Of a stretch of 64,000 nt of DNA, positions 41,901 through 53,870 are shown one piece after another. The translations under genes were made by a program, and so were the position numbers. Numbering within the stretch: the first letter of the stretch is position 1; each line of letters starts with the position of its first letter. The stretch is from Eledone cirrhosa. Its lineage: Eukaryota. The stretch lies in assembly GCA_964016885.1 (NCBI GenBank), contig OZ024758.1:39742001-39806000 (forward strand), written 5' to 3'. Under the pieces are notes generated by a model. It saw only the letters and a list, made by a program, of their open reading frames with translations, made no database searches and was not told the origin of the DNA.

Positions 41901-44900
41901 CTTCTGACAGCTAGTACCATGAACTTAAATGAATTCTCACCAACATTGGAGTTACTTCTGACAACTAATACCAAGACTTAAATGAATTCTCACCAACAGT
42001 GGAGTTCCTTCTGACAGCTAATACCATGAACTTAAATGAATTCTCACCAACATTGGAGTTACTTCTGACAGCTAGTACCATGAACTTAAATGAATTCTCA
42101 CCAACAGTGGAGTTACTTCTGATAGCTAATACCATGAACTTAAATGAATTCTCACCAACAGTGGCGTTCCTTCTGACAGCTAATACCATGAACTTAAATG
42201 AATTCTCACCAACAGTGGAGTTACTTCTGACAGCTAGTACCATGACTTAAATGAATTCTCACCAACATTGGAGTTCCTTCTGACAGGTAATACCATGAAC
42301 TTAAATGAATTCTCACCAACAGTGGAGTTACTTCTGACAGCTAATACCATGAACTTAAATGAATTCTCACCAACAGTGGAGTTACTTCTGACAGCTAATA
42401 CCATGAACTTAAATGAATTCTCACCAACAGTGGAGTTACTTCTGACAGCTAATACCATGAACTTAAATGAATTCTCACCAACATTGGAGTGACTTCTGAC
42501 AGCTAATACCATGAACTTAAATGAATTCTCAGCAACATTGGGGTTACTTCTGACAGCTAGTACCATGAACTTAAATGAATTCTCACCAACAGTGGAGTGA
42601 CTTCTGACAGCTAATACCATGAACTGAAATGAATTCTCACCAACATTGGAGTGACTTCTGACAGCTAATACCATGAACTTAAATGAATTCTCACCAACAT
42701 TGGGGTTACTTCTGACAGCTAGTACCATAAACTTAAATGAATTCTCACCAACAGTGGAGTTACTTCTGACAGCTAGTACCATGAACTTAAATGAATTCTC
42801 ACCAACAGTGGAGTTACTTCTGACAGCTAATATCATGAACTTAAATGAATTCTTACCAACATTGGAGTTACTTCTGACAGCTAGTACCATGAACTTAAAT
42901 GAATTCTCACCAACAGCGGAGTTACTTCTGACAACTAGTACCATGAACTTAAATGAATTCTCACCAACAGTGGAGTTACTTCTGACAGCTAATACCATGA
43001 ACTTAAATGAATTATCACCAACAGTGGAGTTCCTTCTGACAGCTAATACCATGAACTTAAATGAATTCTCACCAACAGTGGAGTTACTTCTGACAGCTAA
43101 TACCATGAACTTAAATGAATTCTCACCAACAGTGGAGTTCCTTCTGACAGCTAATACCATGAACTTAAATGAATTCTCACCAACATTGGAGTTACTTCTG
43201 ACAGCTAGTACCATGAACTTAAATGAATTCTCACCAACAGTGGAGTTACTTCTGACAGCTAATACCATGAACTTAAATGAATTCTCACCAACAGTGGCGT
43301 TCCTTCTGACAGCTAATACCATGAACTTAAATGAATTCTCACCAACAGTGGAGTTACTTCTGACAGCTAGTACCATGACTTAAATGAATTCTCACCAACA
43401 TTGGAGTTCCTTCTGACAGCTAATACCATGAACTTAAATGAATTCTCACCAACAGTGGAGTTACTTCTGACAGCTAATACCATGAACTTAAATGAATTCT
43501 CACCAACAGTGGAGTTGCTTCTGACAGCTAATACCATGAACTTAAATGAATTCTCACCAACAGTGGAGTTACTTCTGACAGCTAATACCATGAACTTAAA
43601 TGAATTCTCACCAACATTGGAGTGACTTCTGACAGCTAATACCATGAACTTAAATGAATTCTCACCAACATTGGGGTTACTTCTGACAGCTAGTACCATG
43701 AACTTAAATGAATTCTCACCAACATTGGAGTTACTTCTGACAACTAACACCAAGACTTAAATGAATTCTCACCAACAGTGGAGTTACTTCTGACAGCTAA
43801 TACCATGAACTTAAACGAATTCTCACCAACAGTGGAGTTACTTCTGACAGCTAATACCATGAACTTAAATGAATTCTCACCAACATTGGAGTGACTTCTG
43901 ACAGCTAATACCATGAACTTAAATGAATTCTCACCAACATTGGGGTTACTTCTGACAGCTAGTACCATGAACTTAAATGAATTCTCACCAACAGTGGAGT
44001 GACTTCTAACAGCTAATACCATGAACTTAAATGAATTCTCACCAACAGTTAAGTTCCTTCTGACAGCTAATACCATGAACTTAAATGAATTCTCACCAAC
44101 ATTGGAGTTACTTCTGACAGCTAGTACCATGAACTTAAATGAATTCTCACCAACAGTGGAGTTACTTCTGACAGCTAATACCATGAACTTAAATGAATTC
44201 TCACCAACAGTGGCGTTCCTTCTGACAGCTAATACCATGAACTTAAATGAATTCTCACCAACAGTGGAGTTACTTCTGACAGCTAGTACCATGACTTAAA
44301 TGAATTCTCACCAACATTGGAGTTCCTTCTGACAGCTAATACCATGAACTTAAATGAATTCTCACCAACAGTGGAGTTACTTCTGACAGCTAATACCATG
44401 AACTTAAATGAATTCTCACCAACAGTGGAGTTGCTTCTGACAGCTAATACCATGAACTTAAATGAATTCTCACCAACAGTGGAGTTACTTCTGACAGCTA
44501 ATACCATGAACTTAAATGAATTCTCACCAACATTGGAGTGACTTCTGACAGCTAATACCATGAACTTAAATGAATTCTCACCAACATTGGGGTTACTTCT
44601 GACAGCTAGTACCATGAACTTAAATGAATTCTCACCAACATTGGAGTTACTTCTGACAACTAACACCAAGACTTAAATGAATTCTCACCAACAGTGGAGT
44701 TACTTCTGACAGCTAATACCATGAACTTAAACGAATTCTCACCAACAGTGGAGTTACTTCTGACAGCTAATACCATGAACTTAAATGAATTCTCACCAAC
44801 ATTGGAGTGACTTCTGACAGCTAATACCATGAACTTAAATGAATTCTCACCAACATTGGGGTTACTTCTGACAGCTAGTACCATGAACTTAAATGAATTC

Positions 44901-47900
44901 TCACCAACAGTGGAGTGACTTCTAACAGCTAATACCATGAACTTAAATGAATTCTCACCAACATTGGAGTTCCTTCTGACAGCTAATACCATGAACTTAA
45001 ATGAATTCTCACCAACAGTGGAGTTACTTCTGACAGCTAATACCATGAACTTAAATGAATTCTCACCAACATTGGATTTACTTCTGACAGCTAATACCAT
45101 GAATTAAATGAATTCTCACCAACAGTGGAGTTCCTTGTGACAGCTAATACCATGAACGTAAATGAATTCTCACCAACATTGGAGTTACTTCTGACAGCTA
45201 GTACCATGAACTTAAATGAATTCTCACCAACAGTGGAGTTACTTCTGACAGCTAGTACCATGAACTTAAATGAATTCTCACCAACATTGGAGTTACTTCT
45301 GACAACTAATACCAAGACTTAAATGAATTCTCACCAACAGTGGAGTTCCTTCTGACAGCTAATACCATGAACTTAAATGAATTCTCACCAACATTGGAGT
45401 TACTTCTGACAGCTAGTACCATGAACTTAAATGAATTCTCACCAACAGTGGAGTTACTTCTGACAGCTAATACCATGAACTTAAATGAATTCTCACCAAC
45501 ATTGGATTTACTTCTGACAGCTAATACCATGAATTAAATGAATTCTCACCAACAGTGGAGTTCCTTGTGACAGCTAATACCATGAACGTAAATGAATTCT
45601 CACCAACATTGGAGTTACTTCTGACAGCTAGTACCATGAACTTAAATGAATTCTCACCAACAGTGGAGTTACTTCTGACAGCTAGTACCATGAACTTAAA
45701 TGAATTCTCACCAACATTGGAGTTACTTCTGACAACTAATACCAAGACTTAAATGAATTCTCACCAACAGTGGAGTTCCTTCTGACAGCTAATACCATGA
45801 ACTTAAATGAATTCTCACCAACATTGGAGTTACTTCTGACAGCTAGTACCATGAACTTAAATGAATTCTCACCAACAGTGGAGTTACTTCTGATAGCTAA
45901 TACCATGAACTTAAATGAATTCTCACCAACAGTGGCGTTCCTTCTGACAGCTAATACCATGAACTTAAATGAATTCTCACCAACAGTGGAGTTACTTCTG
46001 ACAGCTAGTACCATGACTTAAATGAATTCTCACCAACATTGGAGTTCCTTCTGACAGGTAATACCATGAACTTAAATGAATTCTCACCAACAGTGGAGTT
46101 ACTTCTGACAGCTAATACCATGAACTTAAATGAATTCTCACCAACAGTGGAGTTACTTCTGACAGCTAATACCATGAACTTAAATGAATTCTCACCAACA
46201 GTGGAGTTACTTCTGACAGCTAATACCATGAACTTAAATGAATTCTCACCAACATTGGAGTGACTTCTGACAGCTAATACCATGAACTTAAATGAATTCT
46301 CAGCAACATTGGGGTTACTTCTGACAGCTAGTACCATGAACTTAAATGAATTCTCACCAACAGTGGAGTGACTTCTGACAGCTAATACCATGAACTGAAA
46401 TGAATTCTCACCAACATTGGAGTGACTTCTGACAGCTAATACCATGAACTTAAATGAATTCTCACCAACATTGGGGTTACTTCTGACAGCTAGTACCATA
46501 AACTTAAATGAATTCTCACCAACAGTGGAGTTACTTCTGACAGCTAGTACCATGAACTTAAATGAATTCTCACCAACAGTGGAGTTACTTCTGACAGCTA
46601 ATATCATGAACTTAAATGAATTCTTACCAACATTGGAGTTACTTCTGACAGCTAGTACCATGAACTTAAATGAATTCTCACCAACAGCGGAGTTACTTCT
46701 GACAACTAGTACCATGAACTTAAATGAATTCTCACCAACAGTGGAGTTACTTCTGACAGCTAATACCATGAACTTAAATGAATTATCACCAACAGTGGAG
46801 TTCCTTCTGACAGCTAATACCATGAACTTAAATGAATTCTCACCAACAGTGGAGTTACTTCTGACAGCTAATACCATGAACTTAAATGAATTCTCACCAA
46901 CAGTGGAGTTCCTTCTGACAGCTAATACCATGAACTTAAATGAATTCTCACCAACATTGGAGTTACTTCTGACAGCTAGTACCATGAACTTAAATGAATT
47001 CTCACCAACAGTGGAGTTACTTCTGACAGCTAATACCATGAACTTAAATGAATTCTCACCAACAGTGGCGTTCCTTCTGACAGCTAATACCATGAACTTA
47101 AATGAATTCTCACCAACAGTGGAGTTACTTCTGACAGCTAGTACCATGACTTAAATGAATTCTCACCAACATTGGAGTTCCTTCTGACAGCTAATACCAT
47201 GAACTTAAATGAATTCTCACCAACAGTGGAGTTACTTCTGACAGCTAATACCATGAACTTAAATGAATTCTCACCAACAGTGGAGTTGCTTCTGACAGCT
47301 AATACCATGAACTTAAATGAATTCTCACCAACAGTGGAGTTACTTCTGACAGCTAATACCATGAACTTAAATGAATTCTCACCAACATTGGAGTGACTTC
47401 TGACAGCTAATACCATGAACTTAAATGAATTCTCACCAACATTGGGGTTACTTCTGACAGCTAGTACCATGAACTTAAATGAATTCTCACCAACATTGGA
47501 GTTACTTCTGACAACTAACACCAAGACTTAAATGAATTCTCACCAACAGTGGAGTTACTTCTGACAGCTAATACCATGAACTTAAACGAATTCTCACCAA
47601 CAGTGGAGTTACTTCTGACAGCTAATACCATGAACTTAAATGAATTCTCACCAACATTGGAGTGACTTCTGACAGCTAATACCATGAACTTAAATGAATT
47701 CTCACCAACATTGGGGTTACTTCTGACAGCTAGTACCATGAACTTAAATGAATTCTCACCAACAGTGGAGTGACTTCTAACAGCTAATACCATGAACTTA
47801 AATGAATTCTCACCAACAGTTAAGTTCCTTCTGACAGCTAATACCATGAACTTAAATGAATTCTCACCAACATTGGAGTTACTTCTGACAGCTAGTACCA

Positions 47901-50900
47901 TGAACTTAAATGAATTCTCACCAACAGTGGAGTTACTTCTGACAGCTAATACCATGAACTTAAATGAATTCTCACCAACAGTGGCGTTCCTTCTGACAGC
48001 TAATACCATGAACTTAAATGAATTCTCACCAACAGTGGAGTTACTTCTGACAGCTAGTACCATGACTTAAATGAATTCTCACCAACATTGGAGTTCCTTC
48101 TGACAGCTAATACCATGAACTTAAATGAATTCTCACCAACAGTGGAGTTACTTCTGACAGCTAATACCATGAACTTAAATGAATTCTCACCAACAGTGGA
48201 GTTGCTTCTGACAGCTAATACCATGAACTTAAATGAATTCTCACCAACAGTGGAGTTACTTCTGACAGCTAATACCATGAACTTAAATGAATTCTCACCA
48301 ACATTGGAGTGACTTCTGACAGCTAATACCATGAACTTAAATGAATTCTCACCAACATTGGGGTTACTTCTGACAGCTAGTACCATGAACTTAAATGAAT
48401 TCTCACCAACATTGGAGTTACTTCTGACAACTAACACCAAGACTTAAATGAATTCTCACCAACAGTGGAGTTACTTCTGACAGCTAATACCATGAACTTA
48501 AACGAATTCTCACCAACAGTGGAGTTACTTCTGACAGCTAATACCATGAACTTAAATGAATTCTCACCAACATTGGAGTGACTTCTGACAGCTAATACCA
48601 TGAACTTAAATGAATTCTCACCAACATTGGGGTTACTTCTGACAGCTAGTACCATGAACTTAAATGAATTCTCACCAACAGTGGAGTGACTTCTAACAGC
48701 TAATACCATGAACTTAAATGAATTCTCACCAACATTGGAGTTCCTTCTGACAGCTAATACCATGAACTTAAATGAATTCTCACCAACAGTGGAGTTACTT
48801 CTGACAGCTAATACCATGAACTTAAATGAATTCTCACCAACATTGGATTTACTTCTGACAGCTAATACCATGAATTAAATGAATTCTCACCAACAGTGGA
48901 GTTCCTTGTGACAGCTAATACCATGAACGTAAATGAATTCTCACCAACATTGGAGTTACTTCTGACAGCTAGTACCATGAACTTAAATGAATTCTCACCA
49001 ACAGTGGAGTTACTTCTGACAGCTAGTACCATGAACTTAAATGAATTCTCACCAACATTGGAGTTACTTCTGACAACTAATACCAAGACTTAAATGAATT
49101 CTCACCAACAGTGGAGTTCCTTCTGACAGCTAATACCATGAACTTAAATGAATTCTCACCAACATTGGAGTTACTTCTGACAGCTAGTACCATGAACTTA
49201 AATGAATTCTCACCAACAGTGGAGTTACTTCTGATAGCTAATACCATGAACTTAAATGAATTCTCACCAACAGTGGCGTTCCTTCTGACAGCTAATACCA
49301 TGAACTTAAATGAATTCTCACCAACAGTGGAGTTACTTCTGACAGCTAGTACCATGACTTAAATGAATTCTCACCAACATTGGAGTTCCTTCTGACAGGT
49401 AATACCATGAACTTAAATGAATTCTCACCAACAGTGGAGTTACTTCTGACAGCTAATACCATGAACTTAAATGAATTCTCACCAACAGTGGAGTTACTTC
49501 TGACAGCTAATACCATGAACTTAAATGAATTCTCACCAACAGTGGAGTTACTTCTGACAGCTAATACCATGAACTTAAATGAATTCTCACCAACATTGGA
49601 GTGACTTCTGACAGCTAATACCATGAACTTAAATGAATTCTCAGCAACATTGGGGTTACTTCTGACAGCTAGTACCATGAACTTAAATGAATTCTCACCA
49701 ACAGTGGAGTGACTTCTGACAGCTAATACCATGAACTGAAATGAATTCTCACCAACATTGGAGTGACTTCTGACAGCTAATACCATGAACTTAAATGAAT
49801 TCTCACCAACATTGGGGTTACTTCTGACAGCTAGTACCATAAACTTAAATGAATTCTCACCAACAGTGGAGTTACTTCTGACAGCTAGTACCATTAACTT
49901 AAATGAATTCTCACCAACAGTGGAGTTACTTCTGACAGCTAATATCATGAACTTAAATGAATTCTTACCAACATTGGAGTTACTTCTGACAGCTAGTACC
50001 ATGAACTTAAATGAATTCTCACCAACAGTGGAGTTACTTCTGACAGCTAATACCATGAACTTAAATGAATTATCACCAACAGTGGAGTTCCTTCTGACAG
50101 CTAATACCATGAACTTAAATGAATTCTCACCAACAGTGGAGTTACTTCTGACAGCTAATACCATGAACTTAAATGAATTCTCACCAACAGTGGAGTTGCT
50201 TCTGACAGCTAATACCATGAACTTAAACGAATTCTCACCAACATTGGAGTGACTTCTGACAGCTAATACCATGAACTTAAATGAATTCTCACCAACATTG
50301 GGGTTACTTCTGACAGCTAGTACCATGAACTTAAATGAATTCTCACCAACAGTGGAGTGACTTCTAACAGCTAATACCATGAACTTAAATGAATTCTCAC
50401 CAACATTGGAGTGACTTCTGACAGCTAATACCATGAACTTAAATGAATTCTCACCAACATTGGGGTTACTTCTGACAGCTAGTACCATGAACTTAAATGA
50501 ATTCTCACCAACAGTGGAGTTACTTCTGACAGCTAATACCATGAACTTAAATGAATTCTCACCAACAGTGGAGTTACTTCTGACAGCTAGTACCATGAAC
50601 TTAAATGAATTCTCACCAACAGTGGAGTTACTTCTGACAGCTAATACCATGAACTTAAATGAATTCTCACCAACATTGGAGTTACTTCTGACAGCTAGTA
50701 CCATGAACTTAAATGAATTCTCACCAACAGTGGAGTTACTTCTGACAGCTAGTACCATGAACTTAAATGAATTCTCACCAACATTGGAGTTACTTCTGAC
50801 AACTAATACCAAGACTTAAATGAATTCTCACCAACAGTGGAGTTCCTTCTGACAGCTAATACCATGAACTTAAATGAATTCTCACCAACATTGGAGTTAC

Positions 50901-52504
50901 TTCTGACAGCTAGTACCATGAACTTAAATGAATTCTCACCAACAGTGGAGTTACTTCTGATAGCTAATACCATGAACTTAAATGAATTCTCACCAACAGT
51001 GGCGTTCCTTCTGACAGCTAATACCATGAACTTAAATGAATTCTCACCAACAGTGGAGTTACTTCTGACAGCTAGTACCATGACTTAAATGAATTCTCAC
51101 CAACATTGGAGTTCCTTCTGACAGGTAATACCATGAACTTAAATGAATTCTCACCAACAGTGGAGTTACGTCTGACAGCTAATACCATGAACTTAAATGA
51201 ATTCTCACCAACAGTGGAGTTACTTCTGACAGCTAATACCATGAACTTAAATGAATTCTCACCAACAGTGGAGTTACTTCTGACAGCTAATACCATGAAC
51301 TTAAATGAATTCTCACCAACATTGGAGTGACTTCTGACAGCTAATACCATGAACTTAAATGAATTCTCAGCAACATTGGGGTTACTTCTGACAGCTAGTA
51401 CCATGAACTTAAATGAATTCTCACCAACAGTGGAGTGACTTCTGACAGCTAATACCATGAACTTAAATGAATTCTAACCAACATTGGAGTGACTTCTGAC
51501 AGCTAATACCATGAACTTAAATGAATTCTCACCAACATTGGGGTTACTTCTGACAGCTAGTACCATAAACTTAAATGAATTCTCACCAACAGTGGAGTTA
51601 CTTCTGACAGCTAGTACCATGAACTTAAATGAATTCTCACCAACAGTGGAGTTACTTCTGACAGCTAATATCATGAACTTAAATGAATTCTTCCCAACAT
51701 TGGAGTTACTTCTGACAGCTAGTACCATGAACTTAAATGAATTCTCACCAACAGTGGAGTTACTTCTGACAACTAGTACCATGAACTTAAATGAATTCTC
51801 ACCAACAGTGGAGTTACTTCTGACAGCTAATACCATGAACTTAAATGAATTATCACCAACAGTGGAGTTCCTTCTGACAGCTAATACCATGAACTTAAAT
51901 GAATTCTCACCAACATTGGAGTTACTTCTGACAGCTAGTACCATGAACTTAAATGAATTCTCACCAACAGTGGAGTTACTTCTGACAGCTAATACCATGA
52001 ACTTAAATGAATTCTCACCAACAGTGGCGTTCCTTCTGACAGCTAATACCATGAACTTAAATGAATTCTCACCAACAGTGGAGTTACTTCTGACAGCTAG
52101 TACCATGACTTAAATGAATTCTCACCAACATTGGAGTTCCTTCTGACAGCTAATACCATGAACTTAAATGAATTCTCACCAACAGTGGAGTTACTTCTGA
52201 CAGCTAATACCATGAACTTAAATGAATTCTCACCAACAGTGGAGTTGCTTCTGACAGCTAATACCATGAACTTAAATGAATTCTCACCAACAGTGGAGTT
52301 ACTTCTGACAGCTAATACCATGAACTTAAATGAATTCTCACCAACATTGGAGTGACTTCTGACAGCTAATACCATGAACTTAAATGAATTCTCACCAACA
52401 TTGGGGTTACTTCTGACAGCTAGTACCATGAACTTAAATGAATTCTCACCAACATTGGAGTTACTTCTGACAACTAACACCAAGACTTAAATGAATTCTC
52501 ACCA
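5977..52504. repeat. 54-bp satellite array, about 46.5 kb, about 860-870 head-to-tail monomers
   Basis: Consensus CACCAACAKTGGAGTTACTTCTGACAGCTARTACCATGAACTTAAATGAATTCT; frequent 53-bp (CATGACTT, CAAGACTT) and rare 55-bp monomers; EcoRI site in nearly every unit; no insertions or inversions seen. Confidence 0.99.
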
Positions 52505-52714
52505 TCTGGCTGTCTGCATTAGATAACGTTTTTCGAAATATTTACTTCTGCGTTCACAGACTGATATTTTTAGTTTCAGAAGATCCCGTTAAGGGTGAAA
52601 GCAGCGATTCTTTGCTTAAACTTTAATCTGTTATTTTAATATATATATTCGTGTACAGATATTTTTGCATACACAAAAACAAAAACCTATTTATTTCATG
52701 AAAGCACAGACGGC

Positions 52715-53566
52715 TTATCGTCATTGTTACTGTTCGAGGTTAGAGGACCACAGTCTTTCCAAGATCTGAGAACCATCAATGGCCATCAATGTTCCACTTA
52801 CTGTTAGGCTTGCCAGATGCGTGGTATGTTACATGATGACAGCCATTGACACCTCACCCTGCTAAATAGCTAAAGTCCCTTCTCAGCTGCGAAAACCTTT
52901 TGCTATTATGCTGCACAACTGCGATATCGCCGACCCTCTCGCACTGTGGAACAACCACTGCGAAAGTCTAGCTGAGGACATCCTCCACCGCACACGCAGA
53001 CACAATCCAAACCTAACATACAATGTCGTTTTCAATGAGGCGCTCATTTGTCTTGAAAACAGAGTCCTGGAGAATGGTGGTCGGCCTCTAGGCCACTACA
53101 GCTTACCTGCTCCTGACAGGAGTGTCCAGAGGTCAACGTCTACAGAGCTTCTCTGCGAGACGAGCTACGAAATCAGTGATTCTCCCATGGTCAATTGTAT
53201 GTAGGATGCTCTAGGGTTAGCTTACCAAACAATCTTTGCTCCGGAGGGCTGAACAAAAAATATTTTATACTCTGAGGCTCTAACAATGTAATTTAAATAT
53301 TTTCTGTTAATTAGAATTTCCATTATGGTTGTACAAATTATTGTTTGTTAAAAAATGTGTTCTCTGTTCAGCCTTTATTGTTGTAACTATCAATTTTCTT
53401 TAACGTACTGGCTGCTGAAGTGGGGAATCTTAAAAACTATTGAAACCCAACACCAGAGCACATTAACCCCCAACCCCTCACTTACTTGAGAGGGTATGCG
53501 GTATCTTTCCTGAAAAGATAAAATGCCGGTATACTTAGCCAGGCACCAGCCGGAAAGGCCAGCTAG
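52715..53566 (+). mobile_element. Decayed, internally deleted Helitron (RepHel remnants plus 3' CTAG end)
   Basis: LLLFEVRGPQSFQDLRTING...PSQLRKPFAIMLHNC..ADPLALWNNHCESLAED (Rep-helicase linker), then FSHGQLYVGCSRV (PIF1 motif VI, about 53180-53218) and TKNILYSEAL*; GC-rich imperfect hairpin and CTAG|T at 53563-53567; in-frame stops; 5' end not identified. Confidence 0.85.
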
Positions 53567-53605
53567 TAATATATATATATAATAAATATATAATATATAT
53601 ATAAT

Positions 53606-53788
53606 TGTTTCTACTTTTGGCACAAGGCCAGCAATTACACAGTTCATTACTGGTACTTTATTTTATCGACCCGCTAAGGATGAAAGGCAAAGTTAACCTT
53701 GACGGGATTTGAACTCAGGCCGTAAAGGGACATAACTATGCTGGAAAGCATGGCGTCCGACCCTCTACCGATACTGCCAATTCACCGC

Positions 53789-53791
<3 letters not shown>
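53606..53791 (-). mobile_element. tRNA-derived SINE, same family as 4237-4422
   Basis: Full-length colinear match with scattered substitutions; flanked by TA-rich sequence. Confidence 0.9.
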
Positions 53792-53850
<59 letters not shown>

Positions 53851-53870
53851 TCATCATCATCATCATCATC
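53792..53870. repeat. (TA)n followed by (ATC)n (the RTE tail)
   Basis: Direct observation. Confidence 0.95.

Noticed and set aside
5930-52483. Giant repeat-protein gene from the many 18-aa-repeat ORFs
   Set aside because: 53-bp monomers shift the frame every few units, both strands give ORFs, and there is no unique N-terminus or exon structure.
5977-52504. CRISPR array
   Set aside because: No unique spacers; monomers are contiguous and near-identical; eukaryotic TE context and no cas genes.
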